Source: Oopsacas minuta
Lineage: Eukaryota > Animalia > Porifera
NCBI GenBank assembly: GCA_024704765.1
Contig: JAKMXF010000343.1
Coordinates: 620,001-684,000 of the forward strand
Direction: 5' to 3'
DNA: 64,000 nt
A program made the position numbers and the translations under genes. The notes under the pieces are model-generated. The model made no database searches, was not told the DNA's origin, and worked only from the letters and a program-made list of their open reading frames with translations. Shown piece by piece: positions 24,500-38,300 of the stretch (the first letter of the stretch is position 1; each line of letters opens with the position of its first letter).

Positions 24500-25264
24500 T
24501 ATATCATTATATATCAGGATGGGCTGGTACGGCATTTCCTGATATGGCCTGACCTATTTGGGCCATGGCCGAAACAAAAATGCATCCGCGGGCGTGTATA
24601 TTCTCTAATCGCCTCAATTTACAGAAGTGGATATTCATTATAATATTTAAAAATTCAGCCGTAATTGGTTATAGTAGAGTAATGTTGAATATTACTGTAT
24701 CGTAAAGCAGTCATTTTTGGGCCTTTTTAGGCCGTAAAGATATAGACTCCTGCCATGTCGGGCTCTTTTTAAGAGTGAGAGAGCTTCGCACTCTCACTTT
24801 TGTGGAAAATTACTTCCCGAATGAAATTATAATGTAACTCCTACTTATGGCTAATTTATTCGAAAATATCCTGAAGAGTTGAGTTATCCGATTTTATGTC
24901 ATGATCAAAGGATAATAACTCTATCATGTAAGGTAATATATCTGTTATACAACAGGTCCCAAAATTTAATTAAAATACCAGCGGACCCCGGTATTTTCCC
25001 CATTTATTGAAAATTGAATCTATGAATTAGCCCAGTTTCATTGACGAATATCAACGAATAATTCAAGTAAATTCTAACACAATGAAAATAATATTTTGGC
25101 AAATTCCTAAGGATATTTAAGAAAAAATGTCCCAATTAGTGGGTTTTTAGGTAAATTCGGGCAGTGGCGATTTCATTTTACATCTCTTTGATAAACCATA
25201 GCAGAGACTTCGTATTTGCATTTTCTGTTAACCGAATACTACCGGGAATATGTGTGATTTTATG

Positions 25265-25330
25265 GGGTGAAAAAGGTGCTAAAATCTCGTTTTTGGTGCT
25301 GGAATTGGTTAAAACAAAGTTGTAAAATGT
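25265..25330 (+). repeat. Repeat family C; inverted partner at ~46660-46722
   Basis: AAAAAGGTGCTAAAATCTCGT..TTGGTGC.GGAATTGGTTAAAAC.AAGT is present in the opposite orientation 21 kb away. Confidence 0.7.
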
Positions 25331-26398
25331 GAAGTATTGAGCAGCAACAACCAACTAAACTGCAGTATTCTTCCGTTTCTTCAAAAATGCTAATCACTGC
25401 ACTTATTTCCACGTTCGTTCGTTTAATCCAGAACGCTTAAAATGCGTGAAATATACGACATAACTTTCGTAATATATATAATTTACTTTACCCATTAGCT
25501 TGAAGTCAGATTCCATTGAAAATTAGACTAGTCCAAGTTCACTTAGAGTCTTAGACTAACACCTCCAGTCCAAGTACACTTGAACTAAAATCGTACTTGA
25601 ACTGCAACATCTACTAACGATGTTGAAATCCTAAATATTATATTAATGAGCTGGCGTTTTCAGGCGCAGTAATTTTATATTCGTCTCTTCCCAGTTCTTA
25701 ATATAGGAATATATTAATATGATGAATACTTGATTTCACACTTGATTAATTCGATCCTGTACAGTTTATAGAATACAGGTGAACTGGTGAAGGGCTATTT
25801 ATGATACAATTTGTAAAATCAGGAATTTTGAAGCTTAAACTTCAACCCAACAATTGCTCCCAATTTCTTCCAATCCCAAGTTGAGATTCCTGGTTGTTAT
25901 AATTGCTTTAGTCATAGTCTATGCTTAGTATTTAAATGCTACGAGTCAGTGTCTCCATACAAGATTATTGTCTTACATGTTCTGACCATGTTTACACTAC
26001 AAAATTCTGAAAGTTAATTGCTCAGTGTATGCCAAACCTTAAATATTCACAGGCCTAGCGCCACGAATTTTGAAGTGGTCCGCTTAAACCATAGCAGCCC
26101 TACAAAAGTGGTTCGCTTGAAATCTCACTTACCATAGAAACAGTACTAATAGCACAATAAAACGGTGGCGCTGCCCATAATTCATTATATAATCTTTTAA
26201 AGGTTCATATTTACAAACCTTTTCATGCCACAACTTACAAGTTCATGAAAATCAATGAACTTGTTCATGCTATGCATCATTGCAAAATTTGAATAATCCA
26301 TATTTCTTTGTATTTTCTTTTAAGTAGTCACATAGCTTAGATGTTTTATATTTGTATGTATCTTAATCAGTCGTGGTTTAGGTTCATTATTTTTGGAA

Positions 26399-29300
26399 AT
26401 GGCTGAAAGCATACCTGAGCTAAATTCCAAACGAGTCTCTTTCTCACAACCTAAAACTCCTGCTGTGGGTGTTGGTCATGGTGAGTGCTATAAATTAGAT
26501 ATTTATTTGATTGTTGTTAACTTGTTGTATGTATATCTATCCATCCAATTTTGAGAATTAATTTAAGTCAGGAAACTCGAGTATCTTATTAATATTATTG
26601 AAATTAACGCTCAATGAAGTTACGCGGTTTAGAACACCATATATAGATACATGAAATACACGCGAATACATAGGTAATAAAAATATTATTCTTCAAAGCT
26701 TAGTAAATATTAATTATAGTTCGCCTAAGCCTAAATAAAATACTATATGGTTCTTCTAGCCCAGGGGTTCCTAACCCTGGGTACGCCTGCATGTCTTAGG
26801 ACCAATTTATCAATTAGATATGTGAGTAATGTATTAAATTCGTGAATGTGTCAATCAATCTAAAATGGAATATCAAATATTAAAGTTTAAGATTCGGTAA
26901 ATTAGTTCTACGTATCTAATTCTCTTATTTTCTAACTTGTATAATACTCGTATAATACGTTATACGTGATCTATTTTAACTTATTATACGTCTAGGTTAA
27001 CCTCCAAATATGAGATTTTGACACTGTTAGACTTGTATAAGTCACATTATTATCATTTATTATATAACGAGGCTTTGGCTCGTCGCTTCGCGATGAACTC
27101 GGTGGATTACACCTCGAGGTATCCATTATTCTCCAAATTGACGTCCCCTTTGAGTATTATAATATAGATATATTTAGAACAATGTAATTCACAAATATAC
27201 GTATATGGCATATATATTATTGAATTATTTTGTAAGATCAACCCCCTTTGTAGCCGATGAGAGCAAGTATCTACGTACATTTTGAGATTTTGCTAATTTG
27301 TTTGATTTATATTCATGAAAACAACGATAAATTGACATATGAAAAACTTGAAAATGCAGAATTCGGATTCAGGGTACTTATTTACCCCTAGGTAGTCGTT
27401 TAGAGCCTGCCTATTCATAAAAACAACAATAAATATATTTACGCAACAACAAAACAAACAACAATTGAGATTTAGTAGTATAGAAGTTGTTTACAATACC
27501 ATATTCGGACTCAACATACTCGATTACCTCAGTATAACCACTGGAAGAATGTTTTCACCAAAATTTTGAAATTTGTTTACTTTGTATTCATAAAACAACA
27601 ATGTACTTACATATGATTAATCCAAAAGTGTGAAAATCGGACTCAGCACGTTCGATTTATTTAGTGAAGTTTCATTGAATTCTATTTACTTCCTTGATAA
27701 ACACGATAAAAACATAGTTATGCGACAATTTCAAAATTGCATACCGTAAATCCCTTCCTTGACAACGGACAAACAAGCAAACAACAATTGAGATTTAATA
27801 ATATAGAATAGTCAAACGATAATATTATTTCAGAAATAGAATTAAATCATTGAATTTAAAAATTACGCACAAAGTTCGAACTGATCAACTTCGAACCCGA
27901 CCCGACCCGACCCGAGAAATCCGACCCGATTCCAACTCTGATTCAGCAGATTTGCTTTAAAATCAATTTCTTAGCAAACTATGAAAATTATTTTTCCTTT
28001 AATGAGATTTATAAGACTGGACTCTTATTTTACTATAATTCGACAGCATGTATAGCCATATTTTAGTAGGCCATGGTGTGGGATTTGTTGAAAACTCTTT
28101 ATCAGTATAAATTTGGTACTAGCTTCATTGCCACACATAAGATAGCTCTTATATAAATCGGATTTGTGTGTTCCTTTAGAATATTCAACCCAGAATCAAT
28201 TCATAGAATAAATAATTGACAATAATCATGTGCTTACAATCCTATTGTTTTCTGACATAGGGGAAGATATATTTGTTATCCACGTGTGTGGCCTATCTAG
28301 CATTTAATATATAAATATTGATGAAATGAGATTGAGATTATCTGGCTATAATATAAACTAACTATTTTCCAAGTGATATATTGTTCTCGCATTTCTCATG
28401 GCATGGGCTATCAGGAAAAGGAGTACGAAGGACATAACTTATTGTACGTTTAATTATTGTATTTTCATCCTAAGTTGTTTTATTAGTGCATGTGAGGTAA
28501 ATTTCTTTTTTTGTTTTTCATCCATGAACGGCCCAGAACTGGATAGATACCTTTCTGAGCCTTGGATCTTGAATATTTTATAAAATCAATTTGACAAGTT
28601 GTAACCAATTGTGCAATTTAAATCGTGGAAAGTTACATTACTGGGATCGGGTAATTTTTGAATTAGTCCTTATCCCTGTACCGGTACTGCAAGCTAAATT
28701 CACCCGATACTCTACCTAACAAGGCCCCTGGTATGTGAATAATGGAATCTTATTTCAAATCTTATTTCTTCATCATACTAAATCAATCTTAAAATATGGT
28801 TATTAATTAATATTTTCGCGCCTTTTGGATATATTCCAGGGGTGGCGCTCGGGGGCTATACCCCTTTCGGAGAAATCATTGCAAAAATAATAAGATTGAC
28901 GAGCCGCTTAGCTTGTTCGCGCTGTGCGGCTTGCGAACACTATATTCGCATAGGACTCGGCACTTAGTGCCTCGAATTTAGCAAAGTATAAATTTGCGAA
29001 ATCAACAATTTGTTTACTATATATACAGAACAAAACAAAGATTTTACATAAGAGAGACTTGAATATTCTAAATTCGGATTCAGCATCCTTTGACACCCAT
29101 CCATAACTGTTAAAAGCAAGTCTCTACGTATATTTTAAGATTTCAAATATTTATTTACTTTATATTCATATGAACAACAATAAATTTGCATATGAATTTT
29201 TGAAAATGCGAAATTCGGAATCAGCGTACTGAATTACCCCTTTATGTATGATGAGAGCCAGTCTCTAAGTATATTACGGCATTTCAACTATTTATTTACT

Positions 29301-32300
29301 CTATATTCATAAAAACAACAATACATTTACATATGATTAATTCGAAAGTGTTAAAATCGGAATCAGCATATTCGATTACCCCAATGTAATTGTTTCCTTT
29401 TCCAATATAGTCAACAGAAGGATATATTATTCCCTATATCATATATGCAGATCATCTTCCCTTATCATTATAATACAAAGTAGACAATCAATCAAACAAA
29501 CAAACACCTCCATAATAATTGAGTTCTCATGATATAGATATGTGATTTATTTGTCATGCCAATGGTTAGAAATGCTACCTACGAATGTGCTCAAATACTG
29601 GAATTATCAATTCGTTATATTATTATGTCACATTGCCACAGAGTTACACGCGCGGGTATCTAACCGCAGCCCGGCCCGAAAATATCTAATATTGAGTAAC
29701 ATTTTAAGAACTCTAATTTAGATATATCAAAATAAATCCTTCGTTGTTCAAGAATTTTGTTGCGTGATAAATTGTTTTAGCTGCTTCAGAGTTGCACTCG
29801 TGCAGCAAACCGGCCTACAACAAGCCACCAGCAGGCCCACACAATAGGTACTACTAACGATTAGCATGTAAGTCAATGGCTTATCTGAACCCGCTAATCC
29901 GCACAGGGGCCTAGAACTTATTCAATTTTTGAACAATTGTTTCAAACGTAAAACATAGTAGATTTATACCATTCTATTACAGATCAATATCTAATGCTAT
30001 ATTACGCATTTTGGCCCCCATTCCATCGTTGTACAACTTTCTAAAAAAGTCCTCCCAGATTCTATAGTACTGTTTCAATGCATTTCGCTAATCCTAGCGT
30101 ATTATTTTGCAATCGAAATAGTGGCGTTTGGATTAGCGAGGGTATACTGTACTGGGTTTTTGCAGGCCGGTTACGAATTGCTGAGTAGGGCGTGGATAGG
30201 GCTTATTAAAATTTCAGGCGGCTGTTACAAAAGTTTGGCCCAACTCTGAACTGCTTTGCACGGGAAGCTAAATGGTGTACAGAATATACAAAGATAAATG
30301 TTAAATAACGATTCACCTCACAATATCGAATTTACAAATTCTTTATTTGTAGCTGATCAAGATATGGCAATAATTCAGGCCGGATGTAAGCTCTTCAAAG
30401 TCAGGGGTCGTAGAAAGTATTTGAGATTATTTTCCTATGATAGAGATCTGAATTGCATTGCATGGGAGTCTGCTCACAAGAAGACAACCAAATCTCGAAG
30501 TAAGTCAGCTGTTTGTTTGTATTTTTGTTTATGGTTATTATCTAGTTTAATAAACTGTACATTATTGTGATGGTTTTCTATTTTATAACCTTCTACTGTT
30601 CAACCAGGACTGGATCCAGGTGGCTTTTGTTTCTTAAAACTTGGTGCTAATATAATTCTATATAAATATATACATATGCTAATTACACTATAGACACCCC
30701 GAATGTGCTCGCAACGCTAAACTCCCCCTTTTGAACACTCATGGATCCGTCATTGTGTTCAATCAGAATAATACTCAATGAAAGTTATGAGCGCAACATA
30801 TTTATTAATAATCATTGTTCAATAATTACACACATATGTGTACAGTAGAGCCTATGAATACGTAAATATAGAACAAATTTCAAACTCCTGAACGCATGCT
30901 CATTATCGACTATCGAGTAGGTACAACCGAAATACAATTCAAAGAATGTTAACTTGTTATCCGTGTTCCTAATTCCTATTAACGTGTTCTACTGCTACTT
31001 TAATTGTATTATTACTTCAATAGTATATCTGAGTAACATCCACGAAATTCGTACTGGGAAAAGTACAGAAAGTTTTAGAAATTCTAAAGTCGGTCTTGAG
31101 TTCTCAGATGGTCAAAGTTTCTCCATTATTTACGGACCAAACTATGAGATTCTTGATTTGGCTTCCACTGAGGTCAGAATAATCAATGCATGGACTACTC
31201 TTCTACAGTCTCTTATCGGAGGTGAGATCTTCATTCACAATTTGTGTATTTGTTCACGTAATCTAAGCTAAGGGCACTCTTCTGATAAGCTTAATAACAT
31301 ACATACGCCCACTTTATATTAAACATGGACACAATCTTATATTTTCTATGGTATTCTAATACAGCATGGCGCTTATAGTTAACCACTTTCAGGCTTGTCG
31401 AAAGGTTCTACATAATAAGCATCAGGTTACGTCTCAAGTTAATCAGGTTATTTTCATTCTCAACCGTTATACTTGATATGATGTCAAAATGACCTGACCT
31501 TTTGAAAGCCTGACAACTTTATATTAAATTCTATTCTTAAACTAAGCTAGTGATCCTAGTTTACATAGGTAATAATGTTATGGATATTATTTTCGCCCAG
31601 TTGGGATAACAATAAGTGTTGTTTATTGACATAAATTCAACTTTGCATTACTCTCTTTTCAAATTTATAGGTCGCTCTGTGGAGTATCAGCCAATCAGAG
31701 ATAGGTAAGTATATTTAGATCTCGAAAATGTGAAAATTACAGTAGAATTAGGATAAGTCCTGTCTCTTAGAGAAACATAATAAATACGTACTATCCGAGT
31801 GTCCCTCTTACCCGAATTGATATTGTATTAAAATGAATAGGTATTAACTTTTTGGTTGAAGGAAGTAGTACGTATTAACCGACTGTGCTTCTTATCCGTA
31901 TTCTACCCTATATCAACTATTATTACCAGAATTGATTAAACAAAATCGATTTGGATTCTCTGTTTATTCTTTCTGAGGAATTACGACGCAAACACAAAAT
32001 TGTTATGTTAAGCTAGAAGAATTCTAAATATATATTATCTGTTGTTGAAGTGTTCATGTTGGTCTTATCTCTTCCTATTTCATATATCCCGATATTTCAA
32101 ACTGATACAGGAACTATCATGTTATGTGTTCGTGTTTCGCGCGCTTTTCGTGTCGTATAGCTGTAGAGAATAATTTTCTTGTTTTTCGTGATATTATGCA
32201 ATAAGGAAATTGACACGACATTCGGGCTCTAATTTAAACCCCTGTAGATGGCTGAAGGAACAGTTTGAATTGGCTGATAAAGACATGAGCGGAACTCTTG

Positions 32301-35300
32301 AAGAGAAAGAATGCTCAGAACTTCTACATGCATTGAACCTCAATATTAGCAAGAAACAGATAGGAATTCAATTTAAGGTAATTTACTATACTATTCATTA
32401 ATTCATATGTTATACCAGTTTTTTTCCGTTATGAATTTGTATTTGATGTACGTATTCTGGTCTAATTAGCATTCGGTTATCCGAACTCTTTCGTTTTTTA
32501 TTCAAGATTGGTGTCCAATTGAACAGGGAAGTCGTCTGGCAAAATCTCGTGCGCCGGGGCGCCCCATTGGCACTAATTGAAAACTGTAAATTTTGGCTCG
32601 CTTCCCTCGTGTCTAGCCTCATATATTATTCAATTTCACTCAAATATCAGCGGCTATATGTCTTGTATTGATCTATGTGCCTAAGTATTATTTTTCGAGT
32701 GTTAACCTGAGCACATATATCCATTTTTCATATACACAAACGTTGGCAAACCTGGCCTAGCCACCCCTCAGAGCTAGAGGGGGTATAAGCAGTAAGCTTG
32801 ATGTTAAACCTCCTGACGTTTGAAGTTAGATTCAACCCTGACTCGTGGAGGTAAATAGTATTTAATTAATATACATGAAATCATGGCGTTAAAAGGTGGC
32901 GCCACCTCACTTCTAGTGCCGCCTACGGCCCTGCCTCATGTTTTACGCGTGAACACCTTGCCCCTCGTCCTACCCCCTAGGTAAAAATCCTGGCGACGTC
33001 CCTGCAGTTGAAGTGAAATAATGTTCTGATATGTGAAATTCACTGCCTCGCGATAGACTACAATGTGGATTTGGAAAATTTGACTATCTATTTGTACCTA
33101 TATTTGCCAAACAGCTTAACATCTTTCAAAAATTAGTACTATGGTAATCTGAAGCTCTGTTCCGAGATGAAATTTTAATTGTCATAAACTGATGCCCTTT
33201 TGCATTTCTGATAACAAAGTATCGGATAATCAAGGCTATACTAGCCACTGTACTTCGTTAGTTTACCTATTAAGTTGAATTGCAGTTGCTTCTCCCACTC
33301 TACTATTACTTATAATACCGCGCTTTGCAGCTTTGGTTGTTAGGTAGCTTGAATGGGCTGACGCACATTTATAACCGCTTCATGGTTATTGCTCTCTCGA
33401 TCCTCTGTACCTAGAATAAGAAACTGAAAAATCTTTATTTAATTGCTTGAATTTACTTGTGACATACGTATTTTCACCTTTATAATTGACTCAATAGAAT
33501 TGCACGGCTGTTGGAGTCTGTGGAAGATTAATAACTTGTTTAATAACATAACGCACAATACTTTATTTCTTTAGCAATTTGATGCCAACGCTAATGGAAA
33601 ATTGGACTTTGATGAATTCAAGCAATTTTTTGAATCTCTTTCAACTCGAGACGAGATAGTTAAGATATTCAATGAGTGAGTATATTTATTTCTGTTTCTC
33701 ATGCATATGGAGTACATATATGCTTTTTAGATCCATATACTACAAACTACTTACATACTTCACCAAATATCTTAAACAGTATCGTTACTGACGGTATTTA
33801 TCACTCCATATCGAACATTAATCATATTCATTAAATAGAAGTACAGTCTAAGTCGCTATTTTGAACCCAGGCTCCTGTAATATATTTCTCATAGGATTTG
33901 TATATAAATTTACTAGTTAAATACCAAGGATTATACAATAGAAAGTCTATAATTAATTGAGGGAGGTCGGACGGTGTATATTTGATATCCTCCATTCCAC
34001 ACTTATAATTTCAACTGTAGATGTCCTTAAACCAGAGTTTTTAGAGCAATCTTTAATCCTAGGATATCCTCCGATCTCCATTCCCCTCTTGGAGAGGTTC
34101 CCGTTTATAGAGACCCCAATTATGTAGGTTGAGTTGTATTGTAAACAATACTTTCGGTCTCGTGCAGGGGTTTATCTAAGTGCTTGTCGAGAACTTAAAA
34201 GAGCCAGTTCAGCAGCCAGGAAGGACACAAAGTGCCGAGCGTGAGACTCAAATTCGTACAGGACCAATATTTACCAAATGTACCATACAAGGAGGGTCCT
34301 TGCAATAAATGTGCCGGCCCAGAACCTCCTGGATAAACCCCTTTCCCTTGGGGGTAATTACAATATGACTGTTCAATTTTTAATATATCTAAAAAGAGGG
34401 AAATATGGAAATACCAAAATACCGAAAAATTGTTCTAATTATTGGAAATTTCGGAAATTCTTATCGAAAATTTCAATATTTTCGATATTCTTAGGAAATC
34501 CCGATATCCAAGTTTTCGATATCATATCGGAATATACGATACAAGTATTTTCGATATTTTTCATCTCTGATATATCGGTACCAAATCTTGACTTTAGTAT
34601 TACTTGGCAGCTACAATACCAGAAGGGACCTCCCACAATTTCACAACAAAATGAACGCATCTTTAGCACAGCTCGTCATAAATTGTTCTCTTAGTGTTAT
34701 GGCAAGAGTTAATTAATTATTTATTATGTCAATATATAAATACACGAATCAGCTTAAGTTAATCTTAATCTCTGCTCTTTACCACATATTACGTTTTATT
34801 TTTTGGCTAATAATCTATAAATGACTAATTTGAATTGCAAAATTCAGTTACAAGCATACTATAATAGTTATTATTAGAATAATTAACTATTCTTATCCTG
34901 CAATATTGCTATCACCGATTTGCATTCAATAGGTGTTGTGGGGTCTTCGTATGGTTACACTGTTATAGATCTCATCAGTTAAATCTAGTCAGCCCCTGTT
35001 GATCGGTTTATAAGGAAACCTATGTGTATACTTAGGTACTTATTACTATTATACTTCAATTAAGGAAACTTGACCATAAGGGACTACCGTTTAGAGCGCT
35101 AGGTTAAACATTTAAATCCAATTTATTATCCCCAAACTTACTCTGAGATATACTTCATGAATCACCATTTTTTGGTCAATTCTAATTGCAAATGAATTCT
35201 TCTATGACCATTTAAGGAAAGGGGGGAAAGACTATTTTAAATTTCATCTACGAGTACAGTTTAACTCGGTTAGTACGTAGTTTTCTGCGAAACGGTTTAT

Positions 35301-38300
35301 CTATTCTTGTACTAATTGCATGGGAGAATGTTCGGATAAGACGTACTTCGGCCTTAACGAATATTTTATTTCAAAGAACGAATACGAGCGAATATCTCCA
35401 AAATAGCGGAGACCCTGAATACTGTGATAACGTATTCGTTTTCATTGTGCCCTCAATTCTTTCAACCACAATCTTTGTTCAGATTTCTACTTGTTAATCT
35501 TCCAATGAATATCATTCGTTGCTATTCTACATATATAACTAATAAATTAAACTATGTTAACATTCGTATCATACACAATTACACAATGGATAAAATTCTT
35601 TGTTCTAAAAGCAAACAGCAACAAATCGATGCTATACTATGTAACTACGAGGGAGAGCGTAAGCAGCAACATCAGGAGGAGACTAAGGACGAGCTGGTTA
35701 AGATTAGACAAAGGGTGGATTTGATGATGGAGGTATATGATAATGAACTGGAAAATAGAACTGAATCTTCTCAGATAGAATTCTTTAATTCATTAGAAGA
35801 AGTACAACGTATATTTGAAAACAAGCAAGTTAAGAGTAATTATCTTAATCAATTTAGAGTTTTTGTAGTTGGTCTACAATCAGGGTTTGAGAAGAAACAT
35901 GCTATTTTGCATTCTCTATGTGACAGTCTATCACAATTACAGGACCGATTTGCTCTTGACACGATAGATTCTTCCCATTCAGAAGCTTCTCTTAATCAAT
36001 ACTCAATAGACGGAGCTCTATCTACTCTGCATAGATCTATTCAACGACTTGATGGCATAAAATCTGCAATGCGGAAGGTATTTAAGATTCAAAATACTAA
36101 TGTGGAGACTGAGATTTCTAGCGAAAACGTTCAAGAATCTTTAGACATGGCTGAGGAAGAAATGAAGTCAATTTCAAGTTCTTTGAATAAAATGCGAAAG
36201 CTTGTAGCTGTTTCTAACAACAAAATTCAGTCACTTCACTCACGTGTAGAAAAGACAGATCAAGAAAATCGTATATTGAAGAGTCTCCTCCGACAACTTC
36301 AAGATATTCCATCTGTTTCGAATCATTTAGATGAAAATACTTCACAATCTATAAAAGAAATGATTATGTCCAGTGAACAAGATAGCCAATATCTCACAAC
36401 ATCTAAGTCCAGAATAATATATTCACCTACAAATTCTATCCCACATGATACTCAGCACACTACTGCTCCTACTAGTAACAAGCAAACTTCTGCCCACAAA
36501 CAAATTTCTGATTTAAATATCAATTCTGTCAAGTCTTCAAACGAATCTAAAGTCCAACAGGAATCTGAAATTCCAGAATTGAGAAAGCAGATATTCCGGA
36601 GACAATATGCACAGAAAATAGACACTAGAATTGTATCTGATCAACGATCACTCTCTCCTTCCTCTAACAATCATATTGAACCTTTGTTATCTGATATTTG
36701 TATTCCATTACCCGAAGCTCCAGGAAGTGACAGTGAAATAGAAGGAAATATTCAAAAAGTTCTTGTTAACCCAACTCAACAGAATACCACTACCGCTACG
36801 ATTATGGAAACTCTACATTCTCTGGTACAGACCTATAATTCAAGAAACTTAGTTTCCTCAACCAATAGAAGCCGCTCTAACCATAATATTAATCAATTTG
36901 ATAATGTTACTCTACAACAACAAACACACACTACTTCATTACGTAATTCTCCAATTTCTATCAAACACCCAGATGTACTCCATTCCCCTCCCAGTATGTC
37001 ATGCGATAAAATCAACTCTTTTCTGGACAGCAACACTTCAGATTTACCTGCAATTATAAGTTCTAACTGTATGGATTCTGTATGTCTAGCGTTGAGAGAG
37101 CAGTTACAAGCATTACAACAATTACGGATACAAGAGGCTAGGGACTTCAAGCGAAGAATATATTCAATGCAAATGGAGTTGAATAATTTTAGAATTCACA
37201 AACCACAAACTATCCTTAACCAATTTGCATCATCACATCAGAGTGGAAGTGAATATAATACAGAATCTTCCTATGTAGATAATAAATTTATTCAACCAAA
37301 TCTAGCAACTAATCGTGGAGGTAATCCATCTATTGAAATATCTGAAATACTAAGTCTTATTAGTGAGATCCACAACGTATTTATTGACGTTGTTACTCAA
37401 TCTAGTAAGGATGATACTGATTCCTTACAGACACTTAAATTCTCTTCTGTTAATATGAATATTAGTAATGTATGGCTCAACCTTAAAAGATCTCTAGCAC
37501 ATCTGACAGGTTTGGTTGATACTGAAGTAACAATTAATGGTGCTGTAGATTCTGTTCATAATGTGATACATGATACATATCTGAAGTTATTTGATGCTTC
37601 ATTTAGCGAGCAGAGCAATATAAGATTACGTGAAGTATTTCTACAAATTGAAGATTCATTTCAGAAATTTGCTCACAGAGAATCCCTCGAACAGCCAAGT
37701 GAAGTGTCATTGTTTACCCAATTAGATATTGCTAATAATTGCAAAACACTTGACAATTGCGATATAGCTAGATCCATCACCTCATCCAAGAAACTGTTTA
37801 TCGTTGCTCTTTCAAACTTTTATACCAATTTAACGTTTCTACGATGGAGTATTTTTAAGAGATTCCTAACTAAATATAGCAACCTATCACTTGCTATTCG
37901 TTGTGATGATCAAGAATTGAAAGAAATTATTAAACAAGAGATGTCTAGATTTAAAATTAGTGAACAAAGGATTTTGCATCAAATATTGATGAGACGAGTT
38001 TTTATAGCAAAAAGATTGACAGAAGAACTCATCCTTCTTGAAAAATCTACTGGAAAATATTTTATTAAACCTATTTACACGCTTCCAAATCACAAACCTA
38101 CACCACCTCTTGTTCTAGCGATATCTTCTCTATCCTCTAATACTTCTAAAGGTGTTCCAAAAATTTTTAACAAATATGAATACCATAGCACTGATTTATG
38201 TACACAGCCTAAAAGTATGATGCGTCAGGAATTATCATTACATAGTGCTCATATTTCATGTCCAATTACTGCTGCTACATGGAAGCCTAAACTAGCTTAC

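Noticed and set aside
32755-32850. tRNA/SINE-like appearance (GTTAGATTCAACCCC)
   Set aside because: No convincing A-box, cloverleaf or acceptor stem.
34278-34694. Overlapping ORFs on both strands (138 aa and 76 aa); similar at 42361-42567 and 61990-62258
   Set aside because: They run through CGATAT- or TCCTAAC-repeat MITEs and show no protein-like features.
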